Assembly (NCBI GenBank): GCA_023150835.1
Contig: JAKLKB010000037.1
Span: 1-47,436 of the forward strand
DNA length: 47,436 bases
Direction: 5' to 3'
Origin: Myxococcota bacterium
Lineage (GTDB): Bacteria; Myxococcota_C; UBA6777
The notes beneath the pieces are model-generated. The model was not told the origin of the DNA. It ran no database searches and was given only the letters and a program-made list of their open reading frames with translations. This document shows positions 1 through 9,307 of this stretch, one piece after another. The stretch's first letter is position 1; every line of letters begins with the position of its first letter. The position numbers and the translations under genes were made by a program.

Positions 1-40
1 TACGTACTCTCCTTTGTGTACACATCATTCGGATATCGTA
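1..40 (+). mobile_element. MITE-like family 1 element, right end only (truncated by window start)
   Basis: ...TGTGTACACATCATTCGGATATCGTA followed by TAA; matches the right end of the six other copies. Confidence 0.75.
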
Positions 41-68
41 TAAGGTACCTCACGGGCGACGTTTTTGA

Positions 69-262
69 TCGAGTGGGTCCGTTCAAACCAACGCCATGAG
101 AGAGGTATCAAGAGGTAACACTTCTCAGCGAGGGCAACCATGTGTGGTTGCCCCTACGTGTTGGAAATCACATGGTGTTTTGTAGGGGCAGGCCCCGTGC
201 CTGCCCTCGACCTGTTGCGTCGGTGACCTCTTCATCGCTATCTGTTTTGAACGAACCCCCGA
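69..262. repeat. Inverted-repeat-bounded element carrying a divergent pair of GTAG-type REP hairpins
   Basis: REP-like AGGGCAACCATGTGTGGTTGCCCCTAC (131-157) and GTAGGGGCAGGCCCCGTGCCTGCCCT (182-207); flanking imperfect IR GGGTCCGTTCAAAC..ATGAGAGAGGT (75-106) / ACCTCTTCAT..TTTTGAACGAACCC (226-258). Confidence 0.65.
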
Positions 263-597
263 GAGTTTTCGTTGTTTTCTTCAACTGTCATGTCGCGAGA
301 CGTTCCTCTGAGACCTCTCATGTCAAGGGCAAACAAGCCATGAAGCCCGAGGATACCACGTTTTTAAAAAAAGACCTCAAAACACAACATGAGCCCGTGC
401 TGTTTGTCTTGCGTGACCAAAACTCTCGCAGCATTCACGACTCCTTCCCGTGGTCTTCACATCTTTCTCGTCTTGACTTGTTCTATTGCAGTGTACTAGG
501 TACGATCGACGCTCGAACATCACGCATCTGCGCCGTTTCGTCAACCCAAGCCTTCAAAAGACCGTACCACCGAGCCAATCACTCACAGGAGTTTTCG

Positions 598-1119
598 ATG
601 ACCGCAAATCGCGCCTATCCCGCTCGTCTCTCTCTCTCGCGCCTTGGCTCGCTTCGCCGCTGCGTTTGGCCTCTTGGCCTGTTCGCGATCTTGCTGCTGC
701 ACGCTTGCGCCCCCAAACTGTATGCCCGCTTCAGCTTCAATCAGGCCAACAACGATATCCCCGTCGCCGAAGGCAACGTTGCCCTTCCTACGGGCGAAAG
801 CATCGACATCAACGAGATCTTAAAGAAAGAAAACAAAAAGCCTGAAAAGGTCGCGGTCACGCGGATCTTCGGGGTCTACTTGTTGACCGCAGAGGGATTC
901 CAACACGTTTGGCAGCTTCAACCCGCAGGACGCGAAGAAGCCACCTACACTCCGCTCACCCTCCCCAACACCAAGACCATCACAAGTCCCAAGTTCAGCC
1001 ACAGCACTACTCACAACTGCGCAACCCTCGAAGTCACCGAAGGTACTAACGCTGTGCGTTGGCAGATCCACGCATCCGGAAGCATCGACAAGACGTGTAG
1101 CGACACTTCAACGAAATAA
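598..1119 (+). CDS. Hypothetical lipoprotein
   Basis: ATG at 598 after AGGAG; hydrophobic stretch ending in lipobox-like LLHAC; the ORF-track extension from 142 crosses REP elements and is unlikely to be coding. Confidence 0.7.
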   Translation: MTANRAYPARLSLSRLGSLRRCVWPLGLFAILLLHACAPKLYARFSFNQANNDIPVAEGNVALPTGESIDINEILKKENKKPEKVAVTRIFGVYLLTAEGFQHVWQLQPAGREEATYTPLTLPNTKTITSPKFSHSTTHNCATLEVTEGTNAVRWQIHASGSIDKTCSDTSTK

Positions 1120-1159
1120 CGTTTCGCACAACCTTACTCTTTGAGCAAAAGGACACACC

Positions 1160-2716
1160 ATGTCTCCAACTCTCCGAACCTTCCGCATATTTTCGTTGGC
1201 TACGGGTTGCCTGATCGCGCTGTTAGCGACACCCGCCCAAGCCAACCTCGATCAACTCCAACAAGAAGCCCAAACGATGGAAAAACAACGCGATTGCGAA
1301 GGGGCTTACAAAAAATACGAAGAGATGCAAACGCAGCTTCGCAGCGGCCCGAAAAATCGCAGTTCGCTGAACTTGTTGGCGCTGACGGCCACCAAAATGG
1401 CCCGTCTCAAGGGCTGTTATGAAAAGTGCAACCCCACTCCCGAAGAAAAAGCCAACCTCGACAAGATCAACGAATACGAGAGCAAAAGCCAATACAAGCG
1501 CGCCCATCGGATGATCTTGCGGATGCTACGGGGCAAAAACCCCCGTTGTACGACTTGGCGCGCAGCCCTCGAAAAGCGCGATGCCCTTTCCGCCAAGCTG
1601 CCCCGCACCAGCCGCGCCAAAGCCGCTGCTGTGGACCCTTGCGCAATGGAAGACAACACGCGCACCTCGCTGTCTGAACTCAAAAGCCGTATCAACGCTT
1701 TGGAAACCAAACTGGCCAACCTTGAAAAACCACTCGAACTCCCCGCACCACCCGATCCGCCCAAATGGGCCCGCACTGATCGCCAAAAGCGTTGGTGGCT
1801 CCAACGTTGGAAAAAGCGCAAGATCCGTGAGATGCAAAAAAAACAAGGCGCACACCAAACCGAACGCCTTCAACAGATCCTCGCGTCCTACCGACAGATC
1901 AACCAATACCGCGAGCAACTCTTTAACTGGCGCGAGTCCTTCCAAGATTGCGATGAGGTCTACACCGATCTCAAAAACCAAAGCAACTCCCTGCGCAAAA
2001 CCCAAGATCGCGCCCATGAAGCCGTCGTCTCGCTTTATGACAGCCGCATCAAACGCATCAGCGGCTCGATGAACTGGTACGCCAGCCAATACCGCAAAAG
2101 CCAAAACAACAAAAACACCGACAACAACACCATCCAATCCCTGCGCCAAACACTCCAAGATCAACGCGAACTCCTCGACAACGTCACGCAAGATCTTGTG
2201 ACACTTTCCACGCTGCTCGTCTTCAAGCCCGAAAAAGGCCAAGAAGGCTCGTTGCTCAACACCAGCCTTTCTTCCATGCAAAAACTGATGGGCAACCAAG
2301 GCGACCTACTCAAGGCCATGCGCGAACGCTACCCCCAGTACATGAACTCCAACCAAGGCCGTCTCGCTCTTCAACGACACATCTCCACCCTTGAGCGCTT
2401 TGAGAAAGTCCTTGAACGCTTCCAAGGACAACAAGGCGGCCAAAAGTCCGAAGAAGTCGAAAAGACCCTCCAAGCCGTCCGCTCGTCGATCTTGTTGTTT
2501 GAAAAGGCCGAAGAAGGCGTCGCGAAAGCCACAGCCAACGCTCCAAATACCCCGACTAGCGGCGTGATGCAAGCCTCGACATCAGGTGGAGGCGACAACG
2601 CTCCCGCCCAACGCTCTCCTTGGGGATGGATCTTGTTGATCAGCGGAATGCTCCTTGGGATCGGCGCATTCGGCTATCTACTTTACGAACGCCGAAAACA
2701 ACAACGCTCTTTCTAG
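1160..2716 (+). CDS. Exported coiled-coil protein with C-terminal membrane anchor
   Basis: Signal peptide (..ATPAQA), Q/E/K-rich helical body, C-terminal TM (WILLISGMLLGIGAFGYLLY) followed by basic tail ERRK; RBS AAGGA. Confidence 0.8.
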   Translation: MSPTLRTFRIFSLATGCLIALLATPAQANLDQLQQEAQTMEKQRDCEGAYKKYEEMQTQLRSGPKNRSSLNLLALTATKMARLKGCYEKCNPTPEEKANLDKINEYESKSQYKRAHRMILRMLRGKNPRCTTWRAALEKRDALSAKLPRTSRAKAAAVDPCAMEDNTRTSLSELKSRINALETKLANLEKPLELPAPPDPPKWARTDRQKRWWLQRWKKRKIREMQKKQGAHQTERLQQILASYRQINQYREQLFNWRESFQDCDEVYTDLKNQSNSLRKTQDRAHEAVVSLYDSRIKRISGSMNWYASQYRKSQNNKNTDNNTIQSLRQTLQDQRELLDNVTQDLVTLSTLLVFKPEKGQEGSLLNTSLSSMQKLMGNQGDLLKAMRERYPQYMNSNQGRLALQRHISTLERFEKVLERFQGQQGGQKSEEVEKTLQAVRSSILLFEKAEEGVAKATANAPNTPTSGVMQASTSGGGDNAPAQRSPWGWILLISGMLLGIGAFGYLLYERRKQQRSF

Positions 2717-3003
2717 CCGTCACGTTGCTTCCAGCCATTTGCTGATTGTTTCGTGCGCGGATCGTTTGGCAGTTTTCTGATCGTTTCGAGCCGTCGGCTG
2801 AAGGTCTGCGATCGCAGCACGCCCTCCCACAACGAACGCGATACTCCCTCCCGACAAGATGCGCCCCCCCTCTGTTTGTTTCGGTCGCAAACCCTTCCGA
2901 AAACAAGCCTCTGCCACAACACTTGCACTTTTCTAGACGCCTCCCCAAGATTTTTGGCATGATAGGGCCACTTTGCTGCGTCCAACGATAGAGTGCCTCG
3001 CGC

Positions 3004-3101
3004 TCTCGTTGAGGCAGCGGATCTCTCGCGTCCGTTGTCTCGTTGAGGCAGCGGATCTCCCGCGTCCGTTGTCTCGTTGAGGCAGCGGATCTCTCGCGTC
3101 C
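3004..3101. repeat. 34-bp tandem repeat, about 3 copies
   Basis: TCTCGTTGAGGCAGCGGATCTC(T/C)CGCGTCCGTTG starting at 3004, 3038 and 3072. Confidence 0.9.
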
Positions 3102-3192
3102 TTTGAGAACAAAGAAATCCTCTGTTGAGGGACTGCGCTGAGCAGGTGTTGAAAATCTGCCCACGAAGACGTCGCAGCGAAAAGGAGTCCGT

Positions 3193-4479
3193 ATGCGTGC
3201 TATCCACCAACAACACCACAACCGACCCTCCCCTTTGATTGTGTTGTTTTGGGTCTGTTGTTTTGGGTTGGGCCTTCCTTGGTTGGGCTTTGAGGGACGT
3301 TGGATCACAAACACAGCCCACGCTCAATCCGCCCAAAAGAAAGCCTACACGTCCCAAAAGCGGCACACACGGCGCATCGCACGCGCACAAACACCCCACC
3401 GACCGCTTCCTTACAAAAGGTATGCAGCCAAACGCTACAAAGCGCGAAACAAAGCCAAGCGCCGATACAGCCGTCGATACAGCCGTCGATACAGCCGTCG
3501 GTACAGCCGCCGATACAGCCGTCAGGTCTCCAGACGGGTCGCGGTACTTTCCCACGCTCCGGGCGGCCCACGGACCGCGTTTTGCGCGCAGCTTTTGCGC
3601 CGCGAAACAGCCCTCGCTTATGTCAAGTCTGATCGCCCCTTGCAAACGAGCCTTCGCTTGTATATCGGGCATCTGCGAAGCTGCGGTTGGTTGCGGCCTC
3701 AAGAACAAGCCCGCGTGTTTGTCTTCGATCATCGAGGCCGCCAACTCGCCAATATCCAAGCCCAACACAAAACCTCCGCAGCAAGCCTGATTAAACCCTT
3801 TGTGATGTTCGCTGCGTACGACAAAGCTCACCGTCAAGGTATCGCGCCTCATCGCTTTCCAGCAGCACTCCAGATCCAGATCGACCGCATGATGCGCGTG
3901 AGCAGCAACAGCGCCACCAATACGATGATCCGTTATGTCGGCGATGGCAGCGCCCAAAAAGGGTTTCAACGCATCCATCAATTGTTGAGACGCCACGGGA
4001 TGAAACATACGCAGCTTGTGGAGTTGATCCCCCGCAATGGCCGAACGTACCGCAACACCACAACCGCCCAAGATCTCAACACCCTGCTTTCCATGATATA
4101 CCGACGACGCGCTGTATCCGCAGCGTACTCGGGCCTGATGCTGCGTGTCATGCTATTCAGCCGAGACAATCGAGGGCGTACCCCTTATCTACGCAGCCAC
4201 TACCACGTCACCGCCGCCACCAAAACAGGCTACACACGCCGAACCAACGGAGTCGCAGGGATTATCATGGCAGGGCGACGCCTTGGCCGCGCAGCCTACA
4301 ACCTGATCGCCGTCGTCACCCGATCTTCGGGCGCACCCAATGAATGGGTCTGGAAGCGCACATCAAGCCCCATCGTTCGGCGTTTTTCAGAGATGACTTA
4401 CCACTATTACGCCACTGGCGGCGCACAAAAAGCACTCCGCCAAACCAAACGCCGCACACGCATCGCTGGCACTCGCTGA
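3193..4479 (+). CDS. Exported class A beta-lactamase-like serine hydrolase (PBP/beta-lactamase superfamily)
   Basis: SxxK (SLIK), SxN (SSN), RNTTT and KTG motifs; signal peptide; (SRRY)n low-complexity segment; RBS AAGGAG. Confidence 0.8.
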   Translation: MRAIHQQHHNRPSPLIVLFWVCCFGLGLPWLGFEGRWITNTAHAQSAQKKAYTSQKRHTRRIARAQTPHRPLPYKRYAAKRYKARNKAKRRYSRRYSRRYSRRYSRRYSRQVSRRVAVLSHAPGGPRTAFCAQLLRRETALAYVKSDRPLQTSLRLYIGHLRSCGWLRPQEQARVFVFDHRGRQLANIQAQHKTSAASLIKPFVMFAAYDKAHRQGIAPHRFPAALQIQIDRMMRVSSNSATNTMIRYVGDGSAQKGFQRIHQLLRRHGMKHTQLVELIPRNGRTYRNTTTAQDLNTLLSMIYRRRAVSAAYSGLMLRVMLFSRDNRGRTPYLRSHYHVTAATKTGYTRRTNGVAGIIMAGRRLGRAAYNLIAVVTRSSGAPNEWVWKRTSSPIVRRFSEMTYHYYATGGAQKALRQTKRRTRIAGTR

Positions 4480-4585
4480 TCCACTTTTGTTCACCCAACA
4501 CGCCCAATACACCGCCCCCCTCGAACTCTTCTTTTCCACATTGCAACCATTTTGCAGCACAACCCGATAACTCGATCCTCTGGCC

Positions 4586-4614
4586 TTGACCAAGGCGCAA
4601 AAGCAGCGCATCCT
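4586..4614 (+). promoter_or_regulatory. Putative sigma70-type promoter
   Basis: TTGACC-N17-CATCCT upstream of the 4677 gene; same -10 hexamer and spacing as the site at 25602. Confidence 0.35.
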
Positions 4615-4676
4615 CAGCGGCTTCGTTCTGCGGCCTTTTTTGTCGACGGCATACGTCTTCTTTGGAGAATGATCGA

Positions 4677-6830
4677 ATGCGAAAAAATCTCTTGTTTGGG
4701 TGGCCTTTGTGGCTGTTGTGCGGCCTTGTTGTGTGGAGCGCCGAAGGGTGCGGGGGCGACTCTCAATGCAGTAGCAACGCCGATTGTCAAGGAGGTAAGA
4801 TCTGCCGCCAAACCAACGGCAAAGGCGTTTGCGTCGATCCAAACGCCAGCCCATGCCAATCCAAAACGGATTGCACCGCTCCCCAAGCGCAATGCGATCT
4901 TCTCCGAAACGTCTGCGTCGGATGTCTCGATGACAGCCATTGTTCGGGAACCAAGCTCTGCAAAAACAAAGTCTGCGCCGAACCCAACGCATGCCAATCC
5001 AATAACGATTGTGCCGCTCCTACGGGGGTTTGCTCTTTTGCCCTCGGAAAGTGCGTTGGATGCGTCGGAAACAACGACTGCGCCAACGGCCAAGTCTGCA
5101 CAAACAGCCAATGCACTTCACCTCCAGCCGAAACCACCGCCGAATCCACCTCCGAAGCTCAAACTGAACCACAGACCGAGCCTCTAGCAGAAGCTCAAGC
5201 CGAACCCCTCTCGGAGCCTCAAACTGAACCACAGGCCGAACCCCAAGCCGAACCCACGCCCGAGCCACAGGCCGAACCCACTCCTGAGCCGCAGACCGAG
5301 CCGCAGGCCGAGCCAACGCCCGAAACTACCGCAGAGATCATCCCCGAAGCAGGTCCTGAGTCCGAGATGATCTCAGAGCCCACTTCCGAAGCAGGTCCTG
5401 AGTCCGAGATGATCTCAGAGCCCACTTCCGAAGCAGGTCCTGAGTCCGAGCCGATCGCCGAGATCACTTCCGAAGCAGGTCCTGAGTCCGAGCCGATCGC
5501 CGAGATCACCCCCGAACAGCCGCCTTGCACACCCGGCAGCGTGGGTTGTGCCTGTGCGACAGGAAGCCAATGTACAGCAGGGGCCGTCTGCGTCGCGCTT
5601 GGAAGCGGCCAAGGCGAGTTCTGCTACCAAGACTGCACACAAAACCGAGGATCTTGCGCTGTGAATGTGGACGGGCGAACCACTTGCATCGACTTCGCAA
5701 CCGATGGGCAAGGCAACACCATCGCCGTTTGTTTGAAAGAGGTTCTCAAAAACCAAACCTGCGATCTTGCCCAAGGCACCTTGTGCAAACGCAATCAATC
5801 ACCCGCGCTCTATTGCAGCCAAACGCTTGCGCCCAAAACCTGCCTAGAAGCTCAGGTCCAAACCACCGTAGGAGCCGATTGCAACGACCCCAACAACAGC
5901 ACCGAACCGATCAAGATCTGCGATCCCCAAAAACAAAGCGACGGGACGTATCTTGTGTGCCGCAACCAAAAGTGCGCCAAAGAACAACCCGCCGCCCGCC
6001 ACGGTGCTTGTGGTGGAAACAACCCTGTCTGCGATGTCGCGGATACCTGCTTGCAGCTTTCCCAAGACGCCCCGGCCTATTGCTTTGAACGCTGCACCAC
6101 CCCGGGACAACCTTGTGCAAACGGCAAAGGCAACTGTGAATCCATCCAAGCGGGCGGCGGCGCTTGTGTGTACGGAGACGCCAAAGAAGACGAGCTTTGC
6201 GGCCCGATCGCCAATACTCCGACGCGCTACGATGTGGCCAAAGTCTGTGGGACCGGACTCACCTGCATCTCCTTTGACAGCAATACGATCGTGGGAGCTT
6301 GTTTACGCAGCGTGTCGGGCTGCACGCCTTCGACGATCTGCGGAACAGGACGCACCTGTCTTCCCCTTCAATCGGGCGGAGCCGTTTGTGGAAAACAATG
6401 CACCACCACCGCCTCCTGCGGAACAAACTTCACTTGCGCCTCGCTTGGCGGCAGCTTTGGCAGCGTCTGTGCGCCCGTAGACAAGGGGGGCATCCTCCCT
6501 TATGGCGCGATCTGCGATCCCCGCAGCGTGCTCGAAACCGCACGTTGCTGCAACGGCTCCCTCCAACAAAGCGCCTGTACTGCGGGCGGGCGTTCCGATT
6601 ATAGCGGACTGTGTTTGCGCCGAGACGCCAACTCGACCTCTGGTTTTTGTTCTGCCGATTGCGATCCGCTGTTTCCCAACTGCCCGCCCTTCGGTGGCTC
6701 TGCGACACGTTGCGTCAGTTCGGGAACAGGCGGCTTTTGCGTCATTCCTTGTACCAGTACAGCCAACTGTCCCACAGGACTTTCTTGTGTCAACCAAACA
6801 GGCATCGGCCAGATCTGCGTCGCCCCCTGA
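4677..6830 (+). CDS. Cys-rich myxobacterial-type surface lipoprotein with Pro/Glu-rich linker
   Basis: ATG 4677 after GGAG; lipobox-like AEGC; many C-x4-C/C-x5-C repeats; EPQAEPTP and EAGPESEMISEPTS repeats. Confidence 0.85.
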   Translation: MRKNLLFGWPLWLLCGLVVWSAEGCGGDSQCSSNADCQGGKICRQTNGKGVCVDPNASPCQSKTDCTAPQAQCDLLRNVCVGCLDDSHCSGTKLCKNKVCAEPNACQSNNDCAAPTGVCSFALGKCVGCVGNNDCANGQVCTNSQCTSPPAETTAESTSEAQTEPQTEPLAEAQAEPLSEPQTEPQAEPQAEPTPEPQAEPTPEPQTEPQAEPTPETTAEIIPEAGPESEMISEPTSEAGPESEMISEPTSEAGPESEPIAEITSEAGPESEPIAEITPEQPPCTPGSVGCACATGSQCTAGAVCVALGSGQGEFCYQDCTQNRGSCAVNVDGRTTCIDFATDGQGNTIAVCLKEVLKNQTCDLAQGTLCKRNQSPALYCSQTLAPKTCLEAQVQTTVGADCNDPNNSTEPIKICDPQKQSDGTYLVCRNQKCAKEQPAARHGACGGNNPVCDVADTCLQLSQDAPAYCFERCTTPGQPCANGKGNCESIQAGGGACVYGDAKEDELCGPIANTPTRYDVAKVCGTGLTCISFDSNTIVGACLRSVSGCTPSTICGTGRTCLPLQSGGAVCGKQCTTTASCGTNFTCASLGGSFGSVCAPVDKGGILPYGAICDPRSVLETARCCNGSLQQSACTAGGRSDYSGLCLRRDANSTSGFCSADCDPLFPNCPPFGGSATRCVSSGTGGFCVIPCTSTANCPTGLSCVNQTGIGQICVAP

Positions 6831-6883
6831 CCCCCCGCCACCCCTTGACACCCCCTGCCCTCCTTGCTTCCGCTCAAAAAAGA

Positions 6884-7981
6884 TCAAAAGATATCGGTGG
6901 TAAAGCTCAAGACAAGGTTGTTGGAGACCTGCCATTTTTCGGTCAACAACGGAGTGCGTTGTGCGCGGAAAATATAGTTCAAGGCAGCCCACTTCGATAG
7001 GTTCAAGTTGACCTTGAACTGCACGTCTGCATTCAACAGATCAAACCCTTGAAGCGCCGTGGGAACGCTCGTATAGAAGGGCATCATCAACTTGATCAAG
7101 AATGCGTAATCAATGAAGGTATCGAGCTTTCCAGCAAATCCAAGCTTCAGCTCACCACCAAACTGCACAAAGTCCCGAATCTGCTTGAACTCAAGACGTG
7201 GGGTTGCCGCGTCGTCTTGCAACACATACCCTGCCGCCCACGTTTGCTCCGCGCTAAGGTTCAATTCAACCGTCAGCAGCGTGAACTTGTTGCGGAAAGG
7301 CTCCGAGATCAGCCCTACGGACTGACCGAAGGTCAACGGCGCAAACGGCAACGTTAGCGAAAAGGCTTCTTCCTTTTGTAAACTGCGCTGGATCTGTGTG
7401 TTATCGACGTTCAGCAGCGTGATCTCCGCCGCCGCCGCAGGGATATAATTTCCGGGGAAAAGTTGCGTTGTCAGCGTCAATCCCGCCCGAATCCCGAGGT
7501 TGATCGTTTCCACGAATTGATACGAGTAAGAACTTTTGAAATCGAGATTGTCGGCTGTCTTAATAAAAGACTCGATCTGCGGTGTTTTGCTTTGGGTGTG
7601 GATGATCTTGAGCGTGGACTCCCACTTGTGCCGGCCAAAACGCATCAACAAGCCACCATCCAAAACGCCGCCCAAGCTAAAGGTGATCCCGTTTTCGACG
7701 CCCGGCACGTTGTTGCTGCTCGAAAGCGAGATATTGACCCCCAAAGACAACTTCGGAAACCAACCATCTTTGGGCTTTTCAGGCTTTTTCTCGGCGGGCT
7801 TGGTGGTGGGCTTGGTCGCTGCGGTGGTGGTCGGTTTGGTCGCTGCGGTGGTGGTCGGCTGTGTCGTCGGAACAACGGGCTTCTTCGCAGGCGTCGTTTG
7901 TGCAAAAGCAGTTGCGCCGAAAACCATCCATGAAGCACTCAACAAAAACAGGAGTCGCATCCTCTTTTGTACGATAAGCAT
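6884..7981 (-). CDS. Putative outer-membrane beta-barrel protein (DUF3078-like)
   Basis: Signal peptide, Thr/Pro linker, amphipathic beta strands, KTADNLDF motif, C-terminal Phe; paralogous to 7994-9037. Confidence 0.7.
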   Translation of the reverse strand: MLIVQKRMRLLFLLSASWMVFGATAFAQTTPAKKPVVPTTQPTTTAATKPTTTAATKPTTKPAEKKPEKPKDGWFPKLSLGVNISLSSSNNVPGVENGITFSLGGVLDGGLLMRFGRHKWESTLKIIHTQSKTPQIESFIKTADNLDFKSSYSYQFVETINLGIRAGLTLTTQLFPGNYIPAAAAEITLLNVDNTQIQRSLQKEEAFSLTLPFAPLTFGQSVGLISEPFRNKFTLLTVELNLSAEQTWAAGYVLQDDAATPRLEFKQIRDFVQFGGELKLGFAGKLDTFIDYAFLIKLMMPFYTSVPTALQGFDLLNADVQFKVNLNLSKWAALNYIFRAQRTPLLTEKWQVSNNLVLSFTTDIF

Positions 7982-7993
7982 GGTATGGACTCC

Positions 7994-9037
7994 TTACAGA
8001 ATGTTGATCGTGAAGCTGAGGACGAGGTTGTTGATCACCTGTAGATCAGGCTGGATCAACGGCGCTCGGATCAGGCTGAGGTTGTAATTGATGGAGAGCC
8101 ACTTGGCGACTTTGATTTGAAGTTGCAATACCCCCTTGACATTCAACAAGTCCACGGGCGACTTGCCCGTATCGACGCTGGTGACCAACGGCAACATCAC
8201 TTCTCCAAGCAGTGAGTACGTCAGGATCTTGTTGAATAAGGTTCCGCTCAGTACAAGCTGAAGCTCCAAACCTGCCTGCACATAATCGAACAACTGCGAC
8301 ACTTCAAATGTGGTCGCAGTTGCCGCATCATCCGCAGCGCGCAACCCTCCTTGAACCCATGCTTGACCGGCCCCACCGCCCACTTTGATATCCACATCTA
8401 AAAACGGCTTGCTGTAGGGGTTAAAAGCCACTCCCACCGATTGTTTGAACAACAAAGGCGCAAACGGCTTGGTCAACTGAAACGGGATCTGCGCAAGGGC
8501 TTGAGCGCGACGAACTTCGGCTCCTGTTCGATCCAACACACGGATCTCCGTATTTTCTTCGCGCACCAAAAATCCGTCCAACAGCGCCGTGTTCATCTTG
8601 AGACCGACAAACAGCCCCAGCCACGGCAGTCCCTTAAAACGGTACAAGTACAACGTCTCAAGATCGAGCGCATCCGCTGCTTTGAGAAAAGGCTTCAGGT
8701 TTGGCAGCTTGGTTTGCGTGTGGACCACGTTGATGCTGCTGCGCCACTCGTGGCCGCCATGCGCAAACAACAACGAGCCTTGCACTTGCAGCCCCAAACT
8801 CAGCGTCGTCCCGTCGGGAACCCCCACCACACCGTCACTTTGCGCGAATGAAAAGTTCAAACCCGCCTTTAATTTCGGAAACCAACCATCTTTCTTCGCA
8901 GTCTTTTCAACCTTCAATTTGTCAGGGATATAATCTGCATCTGTTTGGGCAAATCCAAAAGAAGCCCATGACATCGGCAAGATCGCAATCAACATTCCCA
9001 AAAGCACGCGCCACCGCGTTTTCTGCCACTGATTCAC
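7994..9037 (-). CDS. Putative outer-membrane beta-barrel protein (DUF3078-like), paralog
   Basis: Shares KDGWFPKL, HTQ(S/T)K, K(A/T)AD, PFAPL and NNLVLSFT blocks with the downstream gene; GTG start after GGAGG. Confidence 0.7.
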   Translation of the reverse strand: MNQWQKTRWRVLLGMLIAILPMSWASFGFAQTDADYIPDKLKVEKTAKKDGWFPKLKAGLNFSFAQSDGVVGVPDGTTLSLGLQVQGSLLFAHGGHEWRSSINVVHTQTKLPNLKPFLKAADALDLETLYLYRFKGLPWLGLFVGLKMNTALLDGFLVREENTEIRVLDRTGAEVRRAQALAQIPFQLTKPFAPLLFKQSVGVAFNPYSKPFLDVDIKVGGGAGQAWVQGGLRAADDAATATTFEVSQLFDYVQAGLELQLVLSGTLFNKILTYSLLGEVMLPLVTSVDTGKSPVDLLNVKGVLQLQIKVAKWLSINYNLSLIRAPLIQPDLQVINNLVLSFTINIL

Positions 9038-9307
9038 GAAACACCTCCATCCATTCCATCCATCGGGATATGCTTAAAAAATCTCAACATGGGACTCAAA
9101 AAGAGACTCCTTTCTTGGTACTCTGCTGCCGTTTTTTTCTGTGGTGCGAGAGATCGCGCAAAAAAAACATACACAGAGAAAATACCCGTTCTATTTTGAG
9201 GGTATGTGTGGACCATCGATCTCACTGTTGCTGCGGGGAGCAGGCCGATTGCAAAGCCTAGGCCACCCCCGCCACAGCTTTCTGCCTGCGGAGATGGAAC
9301 GGAAGGA

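Noticed and set aside
142-597. N-terminal ORF extensions from the ORF track (also 37296, 42833, 43225, 45295, 13970, 33245)
   Set aside because: They cross repeats or overlap neighbouring genes; downstream starts have better RBS or domain boundaries.
6822-6860. Additional family 2 copy (CCCCCTGACCCCCCGCCACCCCTTGACACCCC)
   Set aside because: Short, low-complexity C-rich similarity without the paired G-rich arms.
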